Assembly: GCA_049969675.1 (NCBI GenBank)
Contig: JBMFOP010000028.1
Span: forward strand, 2,399-33,055
From: Myxococcota bacterium
Lineage (GTDB): Bacteria > Myxococcota > SpSt-1050
DNA: 30,657 nucleotides
Direction: 5' to 3'
The notes below the pieces were generated by a model. It saw only the letters and a list, made by a program, of their open reading frames with translations, did no database searches and had not been told where the DNA came from. The position numbers and the translations under genes are program-made. Shown here in pieces: positions 19,725 through 30,110 of this stretch (position 1 is the stretch's first letter; the number at the start of each line of letters is the position of its first letter).

Positions 19725-21419
19725 TCACCAGAAATAGATATTCAAAAATATTAAGACTGCAAGGGATACCAATGCCCAGGTAAATGGCTTTTTATAAAAT
19801 GGCACCTTTTCAAGGTCGGGATTCGGGGTAAGCCCCTTCACCAACCCCTGTAGCTCCTCATCAGTCTTTGGCTTTGTAAATAGTGAGATAATTATTGTCA
19901 AAAGAAAACATACTATCCACGCCCACGACGCCTGCCAGAGATTTAATGTCATATCAGATGGGACAGACGGACAGAGCGAACGGGAGGAGGGCATAAATGT
20001 GAGATAGTAATACCAATCGCAGGAGAGCCATTTGAACTTAAATGCAAGAAAGAGTAAAAAGGATGTGAGCATACCTGCAATAAGCCCCCAGAATGCACCA
20101 GCAGATGTCGTCCTCTTCCAGAACATCCCGAGTAGCATCGTGGCAAATAGCGGTGCATTCACCCAGCTGAATATAGCCTGAATATAATCCATTATCGTAG
20201 GAAATGATTTTGCCACATATGCGGTCACCACACTCAATAAAATTCCTATAATTGTAAACAATCTTCCCACGAATACGAGGTGACTATCGCCTGCATCTTT
20301 CTTTATTGCTGCTTTATAGATGTCGTAAGTAAAAACAGTGTTAAATGCTGAGGTATTCCCAGCCTGCCCCGCCATAAAACCTGCAAGCAGAGCGGTTATC
20401 CCAAGTCCCACAAGTCCAGATGGATAATATCGGGCGATCAGCAGTGGGAGCGCAGAGTCTGCATTTGTGATATTTCCTGCTGCGTCTCTCTCAAGCGGGA
20501 GTATTCCGATGGAAGACAATTTATATGCAACGAGTCCAGCCACCACTACAATAAAGGGTAATGCCATCTTAAAAAATGATGCAATGATTGGTGTAAGTCT
20601 CGCAGTCTGCAGATTCTTTGCGGTAAATGCCCTCTGTACAATAAGAAAGTCGGTGGTCCAGTATCCAAATGAGAGGACAAATCCAAGCCCGATAGCGATT
20701 CCATACCAGGTCACTCCCATTGGATTATTTCCCGGATCTCCAGCGGTAGCCCACAGAGAGGTCATTCGCTCTGGAAGTCCTTCAAAGAGCCCACCGAAAC
20801 CACCTACATCAATTATCCCAAGGATAGATACCAGAAAGAGCCCAAACCATATTAGAAAGAACTGCAGTGTCTCTGTAAGTATTGCGGAGAGCAATCCACC
20901 AAGTGCGATATATGATGCCACGGCCGCAGCAGAGACCCACATACATAGATCCCAGTTCCATCCAAGTATCGTGTGAAATACGAGAGCCATAAGGTATAGA
21001 TTTATTCCAGACATCAAGACTGTCATTATCGCAAAGGAGATTGCATTCAAAAGCCTCGTCCTCTCGTCAAATCTTAAAAGCAGATAACCGGGGATAGAGT
21101 GTATTCTGGAGGAGTAATAAAACGGCATCATATAAAGCCCCAGAAATATCATCGCTGGAATGGCACCTATCCAGTAAAAATGGGAGACAAACATCCCATA
21201 TTTTACAGTTCCACCGGTCCACCCCAGAATCTCCAGTGCCCCGAGATTTGCTGAGACGAAGGCAATTGCACAGACCCATAACGAGTTCTTCCTCCCCGCA
21301 AGGAAGAAGTCCTCCTTTGTATCTGCAAATCTCTTAAGATACCATCCGAGACCGATGACGAAGCCGAAATAGAGGATGATTATTATCCAGTCCAGAACTC
21401 CAAGATGAATCACTGCCAT
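19725..21419 (-). CDS. Sodium:solute symporter (SSS/SLC5), probably sugar or polyol
   Basis: LDWIII, FFLAGR, YIALGGL, GYWTTDFLIVQR, FTYDIY and LGMFWKR motifs. About 14 TM segments. SD AAGGAG. Confidence 0.93.
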   Translation of the reverse strand: MAVIHLGVLDWIIIILYFGFVIGLGWYLKRFADTKEDFFLAGRKNSLWVCAIAFVSANLGALEILGWTGGTVKYGMFVSHFYWIGAIPAMIFLGLYMMPFYYSSRIHSIPGYLLLRFDERTRLLNAISFAIMTVLMSGINLYLMALVFHTILGWNWDLCMWVSAAAVASYIALGGLLSAILTETLQFFLIWFGLFLVSILGIIDVGGFGGLFEGLPERMTSLWATAGDPGNNPMGVTWYGIAIGLGFVLSFGYWTTDFLIVQRAFTAKNLQTARLTPIIASFFKMALPFIVVVAGLVAYKLSSIGILPLERDAAGNITNADSALPLLIARYYPSGLVGLGITALLAGFMAGQAGNTSAFNTVFTYDIYKAAIKKDAGDSHLVFVGRLFTIIGILLSVVTAYVAKSFPTIMDYIQAIFSWVNAPLFATMLLGMFWKRTTSAGAFWGLIAGMLTSFLLFLAFKFKWLSCDWYYYLTFMPSSRSLCPSVPSDMTLNLWQASWAWIVCFLLTIIISLFTKPKTDEELQGLVKGLTPNPDLEKVPFYKKPFTWALVSLAVLIFLNIYFW

Positions 21420-21441
21420 AAAATACTCCTTTCCACGATAA

Positions 21442-22758
21442 TTAATATCTGTAATTTATATGAATCTCTCCAAGATATTGAGTCTCTGTCTGGTTTATAT
21501 CATACATATTAATATAAGAGGATGCCGCCTTCCCCGGAAACAGCATACCAAATACCCCTGTGATATCCCACCCTTTTGAGAACTCAACACCGAGTATAAG
21601 ATCAGTCTCAAGACCTACAAATGAGCCACCATTCGCATTTCCGGAATTTGTTACAAATGCAGTGCCTACAACGAAGGCTGGCTTTAAGATACCAGCCTCT
21701 GTATACTCCGCCTTTATATCAAAGAGCATCAGCCCCGGGCGCATCACATAAAATGGACCATCAGATACCGAGAGCCTCTCATCAACATTATTGTATTGGT
21801 CTCTAAACTCATCCTCTGAGAGAAGGATTGTACTGGACCTGTTCTTGCCGGAGTAGTAGAATCCACCGTTGAATTTATTGTTGATGTATCTATCATCTGC
21901 AGAGAGGTATAATCCGTTTAAGGTTAGAGAGAATGCCTTTAACCTCTCAATAAGATTCAGATTTAGTCCAAATGAGAGCTCCCTTACATCTTCACCGCCT
22001 ATTGCGGCATTCTGCATTGCGCCAAACTGAAGTATTACATCAAATATCAGTTTAAGTGATTCATAAAAATACATATATGAGAGGAGTGGAGAGTGAATCA
22101 GGTTTGACCTGTTTATCACAGAATCATCGTAGTATGAATACCAGCCCAATGTAAGGGCATCTCTCCCCGTTATACCAAAGCTACTTGAGAGGGCAAAGAG
22201 CCATCTATCATTTGCAAAGTTATTGGTACGGGCTGTGAGCCCTTCATAATTTGAATCGGGGAGCTGTGCAATCAGAAGATAATTTTTGGTCATAGAGATA
22301 TCAAATCCGAGTTGAAATGCACCTATCCAGTGATTGATAAAGAGGCCGGTTGGGTCAATTATTCGCATATATCCCGACCTGATGCGCACTGAATTCTCTA
22401 AAAATTCTGCACTCCCATAAATCTCCCTGTGCCTCAGGACGAATATGTCATCTGATACAGGGTCAATAATGTCCGGGTTGTTCTTGCTCCAGATATTTGA
22501 GCCGAGTTCAGCCTCATAAAAGATATAGACATCATTTGTAATATTTAATGTCAGACGCGAATTGAGATAGGTGGCAAAGAGGCCTTCAGAATCACCCTGT
22601 GGTTGATACAACCTTGTAGAGTTGTCAAAGTCAGAATCGTTCTTGTAATAAAAGAAGTTGTCCAGATTCATATCCAGATTTAATGCCCTTGATATCTGCT
22701 CTGAACTCACGCTCGCAGAAACCAGAGAGAAAAAAAATAATATAATTATCTGCTTCAT
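21442..22758 (-). CDS. Outer-membrane beta-barrel porin-like protein (alginate-export-like size)
   Basis: Signal peptide from MKQII (start 22758 after SD AAGGAG), amphipathic strands, GLETDL motif and C-terminal HINYRY. Confidence 0.7.
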   Translation of the reverse strand: MKQIIILFFFSLVSASVSSEQISRALNLDMNLDNFFYYKNDSDFDNSTRLYQPQGDSEGLFATYLNSRLTLNITNDVYIFYEAELGSNIWSKNNPDIIDPVSDDIFVLRHREIYGSAEFLENSVRIRSGYMRIIDPTGLFINHWIGAFQLGFDISMTKNYLLIAQLPDSNYEGLTARTNNFANDRWLFALSSSFGITGRDALTLGWYSYYDDSVINRSNLIHSPLLSYMYFYESLKLIFDVILQFGAMQNAAIGGEDVRELSFGLNLNLIERLKAFSLTLNGLYLSADDRYINNKFNGGFYYSGKNRSSTILLSEDEFRDQYNNVDERLSVSDGPFYVMRPGLMLFDIKAEYTEAGILKPAFVVGTAFVTNSGNANGGSFVGLETDLILGVEFSKGWDITGVFGMLFPGKAASSYINMYDINQTETQYLGEIHINYRY

Positions 22759-22768
22759 ACTAATCTCC

Positions 22769-25171
22769 TTATCTTGCAATTACTTTATAATTATCACCTT
22801 CCACAATGATGTGGTATCTATACCCATCCGGGTCAAATCCCTTAATGGGTGGTCTGATGATAACTGAGTGTACCCATTCTGGTTCATCTCTGAAAGGATA
22901 ATAATAAATCCTGTTCTCCTCCCTTGAATAGTAGATACTTCCATCCGAAATGTAGACATAAAACTCATATCTAAAACTCTTACTCCCATCCTCGCAGGGT
23001 CTGCATTCATCTGTATGTGTAAAACAGATTACATCCCCGCACAACTTATATTGTTCAGGCGGAACGAAGATCTCTGTGGGTGCATCGGTCTCTTTTGATT
23101 TGAATCTCAACAAGAATTCGTGTCGCATATCACAAACCCCCTTATCCGGGTCAAAGTAATGATAGCTTGAATAAAAATGAGTCTCAACTGGCTTTCCACT
23201 TATTGCAATCGCTGTTGGCCTTGAGAATGCCGATTCCCCTCTGAGTCTCTGCTCGGGGTCAAGGACCGAGAAATCCTCTTTATTCCATCTATCTCCATAT
23301 CTATAATCATTATCTGCGGTAAAGCACCATTGAATCTTACCCAGAAAGAGATTTTCAAATGCCTCATAATAGTTGTCCAGAATCTCTGTAGATATTCTAT
23401 ACTTTGATTCTCTTGATACATCAATGCCACCAAAATTAAAATATGTGCCAAACTCCCCAAAGACCACCGGTACATTGTCAAGAGAACGTTTAGCAATATC
23501 CACCTTCTTCTTTAATTCCGGTGTATAATCTTTGTATCTCACCTCTGATAACTTTAAATCTCTCGGATTTACATTTATACCCGGGAAAGGATAAATATCG
23601 GGGTACCAGTGTGGAGTAAAGACCACCTGACTTATTCCCTCTGGTTTTAACATCTCCAGAGCGTACTGTCCTCCTATCCCAGCCGAACCCAATAGTGAAT
23701 CTATGGATACTGACTCCTCCACCCAGATAATTGCATCCGGATCCACCTCTAAAATCCCCTTCCCGATCTTTTCATAGAGGGGTTGTAGATAATTCCTGCC
23801 AAATCCTACATTAAGAGAGATTGCAGATAACATATCCATATCAGCGAGCCCCCACTCAGCAATTATCTTATCTCTTTCATCTCTAATATTATTGCACTCA
23901 TTTTTATGCTCTTCATCTGGCTTATCACAGTACTCCGGAAGTTCGGGGAGATTAGGTATTATTCTGAGTTTAGTAAGAATATTTGAAATCTGTTTTGCCT
24001 TTGTAGGACCAAGTAAGTCTGAGAGCATCTTATTCAACCCATTGTCAAGCCCCAGCTCTACATATGCCCCGAGTGCGGGGAGAACCAGATATGCCCCGAC
24101 TGGCTCATTCAAGAGGTCATAACCGATTATATTCCTGTGGTTCCTTCCCTTCTCTGCGACCTTCTTCCAGACATTTACAAGGGAATCCTGTAGATAGTCT
24201 TTGATATTATATTCCAGCCCATTATAAATTACCTTCATCTTTGGGAAGACCCTGTCTCCGGCAAAGAGAGCGGCATATGCCCTCTGTATATCCAGTGATA
24301 GTGCTATATTTAATCCCCAGTTGCTCCAGGGAAGTAAATCGGAACTTTCCTTTACAGATTGAGGGGTAAAACCACACTGATTGGAATATGCAATAGAATT
24401 TAATAATTTTGTAATCTCCTCATCCGAGAGTCCACCACCACCACCATCTCCTAAAAGTCCTGCCAGATCCCCTGCGACATCTGGAATAAATTTTAAAGAC
24501 TTAAATGTCCCCCAGCTCTTACCTCCGATATAAGGGGCCTTCTCCGGCAGCACCGCCTTTACTGCCCAGAGTGGAGCACCATCTCCAGTTACAATATCAG
24601 AGAATGGATTCATCTCACACGGATTCGTGGCTTTACTGAAGTCCCGCGGGAAGAGAGAGCCAATCATCCCCATCAGTTCCCCCTTTTCCCCTATAATCGG
24701 AACCTCATTGTATTTTACAAAGAGATGTCTTGAGAAGCCGTTCTCATGCATATTTATCAGGACATATATTCCATGCTCCTCTGCCTTTGCAATGATCTTA
24801 TCAAAGTAATCAAGAAACTCTTCATCATATACGCCCTTCTCATTCGGTTCAACTGCCTCCCACATAAAGAGCAACCTTATAGTATTAAACCCAGCGTCTT
24901 TAATAATCCTGAAATACCTATCTGCCTCTTCAAGAGGAAAGGGCCTTCCAATATAAGTGTATGTCCCATCCTCTCTCTTTATAGGGACCTTGGTGCTACC
25001 TCCCAGATTCACTCCAGTAAAATTCAGATATCTCCCGTATCCATCCCTGATATATGTAAGGTCAACATAAGGTCGGGTCATTGAAGGCGGCTTAAATTCC
25101 GGTCTCTCTTCAATGCAACTACACATTAGAATCAATAAACCAAAAGTTGTAAATAAAGAATTATATTTCAT
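22769..25171 (-). CDS. GH5 glycoside hydrolase lipoprotein, endoglycoceramidase-related / steryl-glucosidase-like
   Basis: LMCS-C lipobox. GVNLGGSTKVP, GRPFPLEEAD, RLLFMWEAVEP and DGAPLW motifs. Acid/base LLNEP, PHWY, nucleophile GEFG, and GDRWNKEDFS. SD GGAGG. Confidence 0.88.
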   Translation of the reverse strand: MKYNSLFTTFGLLILMCSCIEERPEFKPPSMTRPYVDLTYIRDGYGRYLNFTGVNLGGSTKVPIKREDGTYTYIGRPFPLEEADRYFRIIKDAGFNTIRLLFMWEAVEPNEKGVYDEEFLDYFDKIIAKAEEHGIYVLINMHENGFSRHLFVKYNEVPIIGEKGELMGMIGSLFPRDFSKATNPCEMNPFSDIVTGDGAPLWAVKAVLPEKAPYIGGKSWGTFKSLKFIPDVAGDLAGLLGDGGGGGLSDEEITKLLNSIAYSNQCGFTPQSVKESSDLLPWSNWGLNIALSLDIQRAYAALFAGDRVFPKMKVIYNGLEYNIKDYLQDSLVNVWKKVAEKGRNHRNIIGYDLLNEPVGAYLVLPALGAYVELGLDNGLNKMLSDLLGPTKAKQISNILTKLRIIPNLPELPEYCDKPDEEHKNECNNIRDERDKIIAEWGLADMDMLSAISLNVGFGRNYLQPLYEKIGKGILEVDPDAIIWVEESVSIDSLLGSAGIGGQYALEMLKPEGISQVVFTPHWYPDIYPFPGINVNPRDLKLSEVRYKDYTPELKKKVDIAKRSLDNVPVVFGEFGTYFNFGGIDVSRESKYRISTEILDNYYEAFENLFLGKIQWCFTADNDYRYGDRWNKEDFSVLDPEQRLRGESAFSRPTAIAISGKPVETHFYSSYHYFDPDKGVCDMRHEFLLRFKSKETDAPTEIFVPPEQYKLCGDVICFTHTDECRPCEDGSKSFRYEFYVYISDGSIYYSREENRIYYYPFRDEPEWVHSVIIRPPIKGFDPDGYRYHIIVEGDNYKVIAR

Positions 25172-25362
25172 CTGAATCCTCCGGTATTGTTAAAATTATT
25201 CTATAGAACCTAATATTTGAAGGTGGTGGTATCATTTACAAATTGCTCAAAGGAACATTTAATCCCTGATTGTTTAAATTTATATCCTATTTATTTGTTA
25301 TTAATCAATAAAAAAAATACTCATTCTCAATTAAAGCCCTTTGCTGTCATTCGCTTTCTTCC

Positions 25363-25742
25363 AACTTAAATATTACACATTTCCAACAGGTTTATGAGAA
25401 TTTACCTTATACCTATCTTTCATATAAGTCTGATAATTTAGTAATGATTCGGATGTCTGGACAAGATACAAATTTACAAATAATGGTTATTACAGGGGAT
25501 GCTTTTAACAAGGATATAAATATTATTCACAATATTCACGATAAAATGAGAGATAAACCAATTGAAATTATAAAAAAACAAGACCGTTCCTTCTCCTTGA
25601 CGAGCCACAAAAGATTATTATTGAACTACAAATGGAAGAACAGTTTGAGATCCAGAGTGCTAAAAATAGGTTTGAATTAATGGAAGAATTAAAATTTATA
25701 GCGCCTGTAAAGGATTGTGATAGTTTTGAAAAGGAGTGGTGA
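25363..25742 (+). pseudogene. Collapsed remnant of a type III restriction-modification Res subunit
   Basis: First frame: NLNITHFQQVYENLPY...LQIMVITGDAFNKDINII...KPIEIIKK. A -1 shift at the A7 run (25572-25578) gives TRPFLLLDEPQK, the Res helicase motif II, followed by a tail resembling Res C-termini, to TGA 25742. Confidence 0.75.
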
Positions 25743-25817
25743 ATTGACTGATATATCTTCCTCCCTGAATTAGATTCTCCATATTTGTAGGGGTGAACAT
25801 CCGTTAGAAGTTGGGAT

Positions 25818-28800
25818 TTAATTCAATTCTTTAAGTGTGTAATGCCCTTTTGAGAATTCGGTTTCATCTTTGTATAGCAGTTCTTTTGCCCCCTTTACCA
25901 TAAGATAGAGTCTATTAAAAATGTTAACTTCGCTCGTGCAGGAATCAAAATCCAGAAACAATAGATTGAGCTCGGGGTAATATCTCTTTAATACCTTCTC
26001 CACCCCTTTTGAGACAATATGATTGGCAATACATCCAAATGGCTGAAGGCTAACCACATTCCTGATTCCGCTCTCTGCATACGAGCATACCTCTGCCGGA
26101 ATCAACCACCCCTCTCCAAACTGATTTACAAGATCAACTATCTTCTGAGCCTTATATGCCTTTGTAAATATGTCGTGAGATGGTGAATAAAATTTATATG
26201 CAGAAATAATCTTTTCAACCCTATTTATATATTCTGAGGCAACTACCTCAAGCACTGCTGCAAAGAGGTGTTTGACAGATGCCCTCTCCATAAAGGATTT
26301 TGTATTTACCTTAACATTTACGAAGAACTGCATGAAGAAGTCTGCTATCTGCGGGGCAATCACCTCTATCCCCTGCTCTACAAGCCATTCACAAATATTA
26401 TTATTGCTGAAGTCGTTATATTTTAAGAATATCTCTCCTACAATTCCAATTTTTGGTACATCCTCGGATATAACCTTAATTCTGTTAAAAGAATCCACAG
26501 CGTTATTTAAGAGTGCCATCATCCCATCGTAGTTTGACCTCTCTACATACATCCTGGCTGCATCAATAAATCTATTCAGAACCGTGCGGGATTCACCTCT
26601 GTTCTTCTCCCTTGCAACGGAGGCATAATACATCCTTGCAAGGGCATCCGCATAAAGCCCACTAATAAATGCAATCTTGATGAGCCTCTTCCATTCTATA
26701 TAAAATCCGGGCTGATCATTATTTACATCGCCATCAAAACCAATAGATACTACCGGCACATCCTTAAAACCAGCCGCAATGACTGCCTTTTTCAGAAGTG
26801 GGACATAATTTGATGCCCTGCACTGCCCTCCAGTCTGTGTGAGAGCAACCGCTATCTTATCTCTCTCATACCTCCCCTCTGAAAGTGCCTTTATAATGTC
26901 CCCTATAACTATAGTCGCTGGATAACAGACCTCGTTATTCACATATTTGAGGCCATACTCTACAGATTTATAATCTGGCGGTGGCAGGACCTCCACATCT
27001 ATTCCGGCATTTTTGAAGACCCACGGAATAAATGGTGAATATATATCTGAGAAGTGCGGTACTATAATCTTTCTATATCTATCCCGTCTGGTATATCTCT
27101 TTGAACTCACAAACTCCCTCTTTCTGGGCACTTTTGTGTTTTTCAATGTCTCTTTAAGAGATAGGAGCCTCAACTTTATTGCCCCAGGGTTGGAAAACTC
27201 ATCTACTCTGATAAGCAGATAGTAATGGCCACCTCTATTTACAATCTCTCTGGCTTCATCTACAATAAATGAGTCGGGTCCGCAACCAAATGAATTTATC
27301 TGTACAAGACTGGTCTTCATTGATTGGGCATTTACCCATCGGGCTGCCTTTATTATCCTGTTTATAAATGCCCATTGTGGAATTGCAAATATCTCTTCAA
27401 AACTTAATTCCTCTCTCTCAAGGGCATCCTCTGTAATTGAATCTATCCCTATATCAGAGACTATCTTTGCCACTCCCTGATTTATCAGAGGGTCAATATG
27501 ATACGGTCTCTGGGCAAAGACAAATAACGGCTTATTATTCTCCCGGCAGTCTCTGATAATCTCCTCAGCCTTCTTTATTACCTGCGTCCTGTATTCAAGG
27601 TATGATATCTGCGCTGCATCAAATGCCCTGTTGAATGTCTCATAATCTATACCGAGTGTACTCAGATAACTGAAACAGGAGGATTTGAGCAAAAATTCAT
27701 CCTTGAAATTAATCGGAGGGGAATCAAAAGGTATCTGATATTTATTATATGGGTCTATTGAACTTCTCAACACATCCGCATACGAGGCAACTATAGGACA
27801 GTTGTAGGTATTGATTGCCCCATCAATATTATTTCGCTCATAAATAATTATAGGATAAAATATCCTATCCACCCGCTTTTCAATAAGATTCATTATATGC
27901 CCGTGGGCGAGTTTTGCCGGGAAGCAGATATTATCTGCCATCACAGTTCCAAGACCTTTGGCATATATAGCATCGGTAGAGACATCAGAGAGGACCACCT
28001 CAAATCCACACTGTTCAAACAACTCTCTAAAGAATGGGAAATTCTCATACATACTCAATATGCGAGGTATCCCTATCTTTTTATCAAAATTTCTATTGTT
28101 ACTCTCTCTCTCAAAGAGCAGTTTATTCTTATATTCTACAAAATTAAACCCTTTTGTCTCAGACTCCGCCCTGTTTGAATATATCCTCTCACATCTATTC
28201 CCATTGTAGTATTTATTCCCATTTTCAAAGGTATACCTTGTAATCTCACATCTGTTTTCACAGGCGGCACAACGAATATTATCAATCCTGTAATTGATTG
28301 TAGCGATATCCTTAAAATCAAATCCACTTCTCTTCCCTGTGCTCTCAGATAATTCCTTTGCATAGAGTGCCGCTCCAAATGCCCCCATAAGTTCCGGCAC
28401 ATCCGAGATATATACCTTCTTTCCGATCTCCTTCTCAAATGCCCTTAAAATTGCAAGATTCTTAAATGTACCGCCCTGAACCACAATATTCTCTCCGAGC
28501 TCACTCACATCTTTCAGTCTCAGCATCTTATAAAGACAATTCTTGATAACTGAATATGCAAGACCGGCGGTAATATCCGATATAGTAGCCCCTTCCTTTA
28601 ATGCCTGTTTTATCTTTGAGCCCATAAAGACTGTACATCTCGTCCCGAGGTCACAGGGGGCATCCGATCTTGCACATATCTTTGCAAAGTCCTTTATATC
28701 TATAGAGAGTGAATCCGAGAAAGAACTCAAAAATGAACCACAGCCAGAGGAACAGGCTTCATTGATGATTAGATTATTCAAAAATCCGTCTACAATAAAC

Positions 28801-30104
28801 ATAGCCTTCATATCCTGACCGCCTATGTCCAGAATAAAACTTACATCTGGATTGAGCATTGAGGCACCCTTAAAATGCGCCATAGTCTCCACAATCCCGC
28901 TATCAATACCAAACGCCTTCCTGATGAGTTCCTCTCCATATCCGGTCACTGCACTAAAAAGTATCTTCGGCTCCTCTTTAATCTTACTCCTGATATCTAT
29001 CAATACATAATCCAGCCCATTTCTGACTGTCTGAATGGGGTTGCCATTATTTCTGACATAATAATATGATACGATCTTCCCTGTTCTATCTATCAATACC
29101 ACCTTTGTTGTGGTAGAGCCAGAATCTATCCCGAGGTATACCCCATCTCTTGCATTCTCATAATCCAAAGCCATAAGAGATACAACATTAAGATTTTCAG
29201 AATATAAACTGAGTTCCTCTTCCTGAGAGAAGAGAGGTTCAAGCCTTCTACCAATATTGTAATTGTAAGTAGAGGCGCCCCTTATATTCTCAATCAAGTC
29301 AAGAAGACTTATATCAATTGAGTCAGAATCAATGAGAGCAGCACCCTGAGCCACAACAAGTTCCGGGTGCACCGGAAGGATAATCTCTTTATCTTTTAAT
29401 TTAAGAACCCTTTTGAAGGCATCTCTTAATGCGCTCAAAAATGAGAGTGGGCCACCAGAAAATAATATTATCGGCTCTATATCACAACCTCTTGCAAGGG
29501 CATTTACTGTCTGAATGGCAACTGCCTGAAAGATAGATGCACATATATCCTCAATATCATATCGTCGGCTCACCATATTCTGGATATCTGTCCTGGCGAA
29601 CACCCCACACCTTGAGGAGATAGGATAGAGCCTTTTGTATTTCAGGGCAAATTCATTCATCTCCTGGTGTGATATATTCAGAATCCTGCTCATCTGGTCA
29701 ATAAATGCCCCTGTCCCACCTGCACAATTTCCATTCATCCTGATATCAGGTTGACTCCTATTAAACAGGATCAGTTTTGAATCCTCTCCTCCTATATCAA
29801 TCAATGTCCTGACATCCTTATAGAGCCTGTTTACTGTCTCACAGGACGCCACAACCTCCTGAACAAATGGAATCTGAAATCTCTCACTTATACCCATACC
29901 AGCAGTGCCAGTTACCCTCACAGATACATCTCTATCACCAACCTGATTATAAAGTGACATCAATATATCGCTTAATGTCCTTAAGATTTCAGTATTATGT
30001 CTTCTATAATCAGAGAATATAATTCTCCCCCCTTTATCAAGGACCACTACCTTCGCAGTAGTAGAACCCAGGTCCAGACCGACATATAATCTATTTTTGT
30101 CCAT
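25818..30104 (-). CDS. Fused CoA-substrate-specific enzyme activase / 2-hydroxyacyl-CoA dehydratase-like protein (two BadF/BcrAD ATPase domains, DUF2229-like and dehydratase domains)
   Basis: Two ASKHA motif sets (GLDLGSTT/DIGGED/CAGGTG and GIDSGSTT/DIGGQD/CSSGCG), plus CxxCENRC, ICFPAK, FGCGPD, VCYPA, GQCRASNY and PFGCIANH. Confidence 0.9.
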   Translation of the reverse strand: MDKNRLYVGLDLGSTTAKVVVLDKGGRIIFSDYRRHNTEILRTLSDILMSLYNQVGDRDVSVRVTGTAGMGISERFQIPFVQEVVASCETVNRLYKDVRTLIDIGGEDSKLILFNRSQPDIRMNGNCAGGTGAFIDQMSRILNISHQEMNEFALKYKRLYPISSRCGVFARTDIQNMVSRRYDIEDICASIFQAVAIQTVNALARGCDIEPIILFSGGPLSFLSALRDAFKRVLKLKDKEIILPVHPELVVAQGAALIDSDSIDISLLDLIENIRGASTYNYNIGRRLEPLFSQEEELSLYSENLNVVSLMALDYENARDGVYLGIDSGSTTTKVVLIDRTGKIVSYYYVRNNGNPIQTVRNGLDYVLIDIRSKIKEEPKILFSAVTGYGEELIRKAFGIDSGIVETMAHFKGASMLNPDVSFILDIGGQDMKAMFIVDGFLNNLIINEACSSGCGSFLSSFSDSLSIDIKDFAKICARSDAPCDLGTRCTVFMGSKIKQALKEGATISDITAGLAYSVIKNCLYKMLRLKDVSELGENIVVQGGTFKNLAILRAFEKEIGKKVYISDVPELMGAFGAALYAKELSESTGKRSGFDFKDIATINYRIDNIRCAACENRCEITRYTFENGNKYYNGNRCERIYSNRAESETKGFNFVEYKNKLLFERESNNRNFDKKIGIPRILSMYENFPFFRELFEQCGFEVVLSDVSTDAIYAKGLGTVMADNICFPAKLAHGHIMNLIEKRVDRIFYPIIIYERNNIDGAINTYNCPIVASYADVLRSSIDPYNKYQIPFDSPPINFKDEFLLKSSCFSYLSTLGIDYETFNRAFDAAQISYLEYRTQVIKKAEEIIRDCRENNKPLFVFAQRPYHIDPLINQGVAKIVSDIGIDSITEDALEREELSFEEIFAIPQWAFINRIIKAARWVNAQSMKTSLVQINSFGCGPDSFIVDEAREIVNRGGHYYLLIRVDEFSNPGAIKLRLLSLKETLKNTKVPRKREFVSSKRYTRRDRYRKIIVPHFSDIYSPFIPWVFKNAGIDVEVLPPPDYKSVEYGLKYVNNEVCYPATIVIGDIIKALSEGRYERDKIAVALTQTGGQCRASNYVPLLKKAVIAAGFKDVPVVSIGFDGDVNNDQPGFYIEWKRLIKIAFISGLYADALARMYYASVAREKNRGESRTVLNRFIDAARMYVERSNYDGMMALLNNAVDSFNRIKVISEDVPKIGIVGEIFLKYNDFSNNNICEWLVEQGIEVIAPQIADFFMQFFVNVKVNTKSFMERASVKHLFAAVLEVVASEYINRVEKIISAYKFYSPSHDIFTKAYKAQKIVDLVNQFGEGWLIPAEVCSYAESGIRNVVSLQPFGCIANHIVSKGVEKVLKRYYPELNLLFLDFDSCTSEVNIFNRLYLMVKGAKELLYKDETEFSKGHYTLKELN

Positions 30105-30110
30105 CTCGTT

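Noticed and set aside
25444..25680. 78-aa ORF as a functional gene
   Set aside because: Its first half belongs to the Res remnant and its second half is out of frame after the A7 run.
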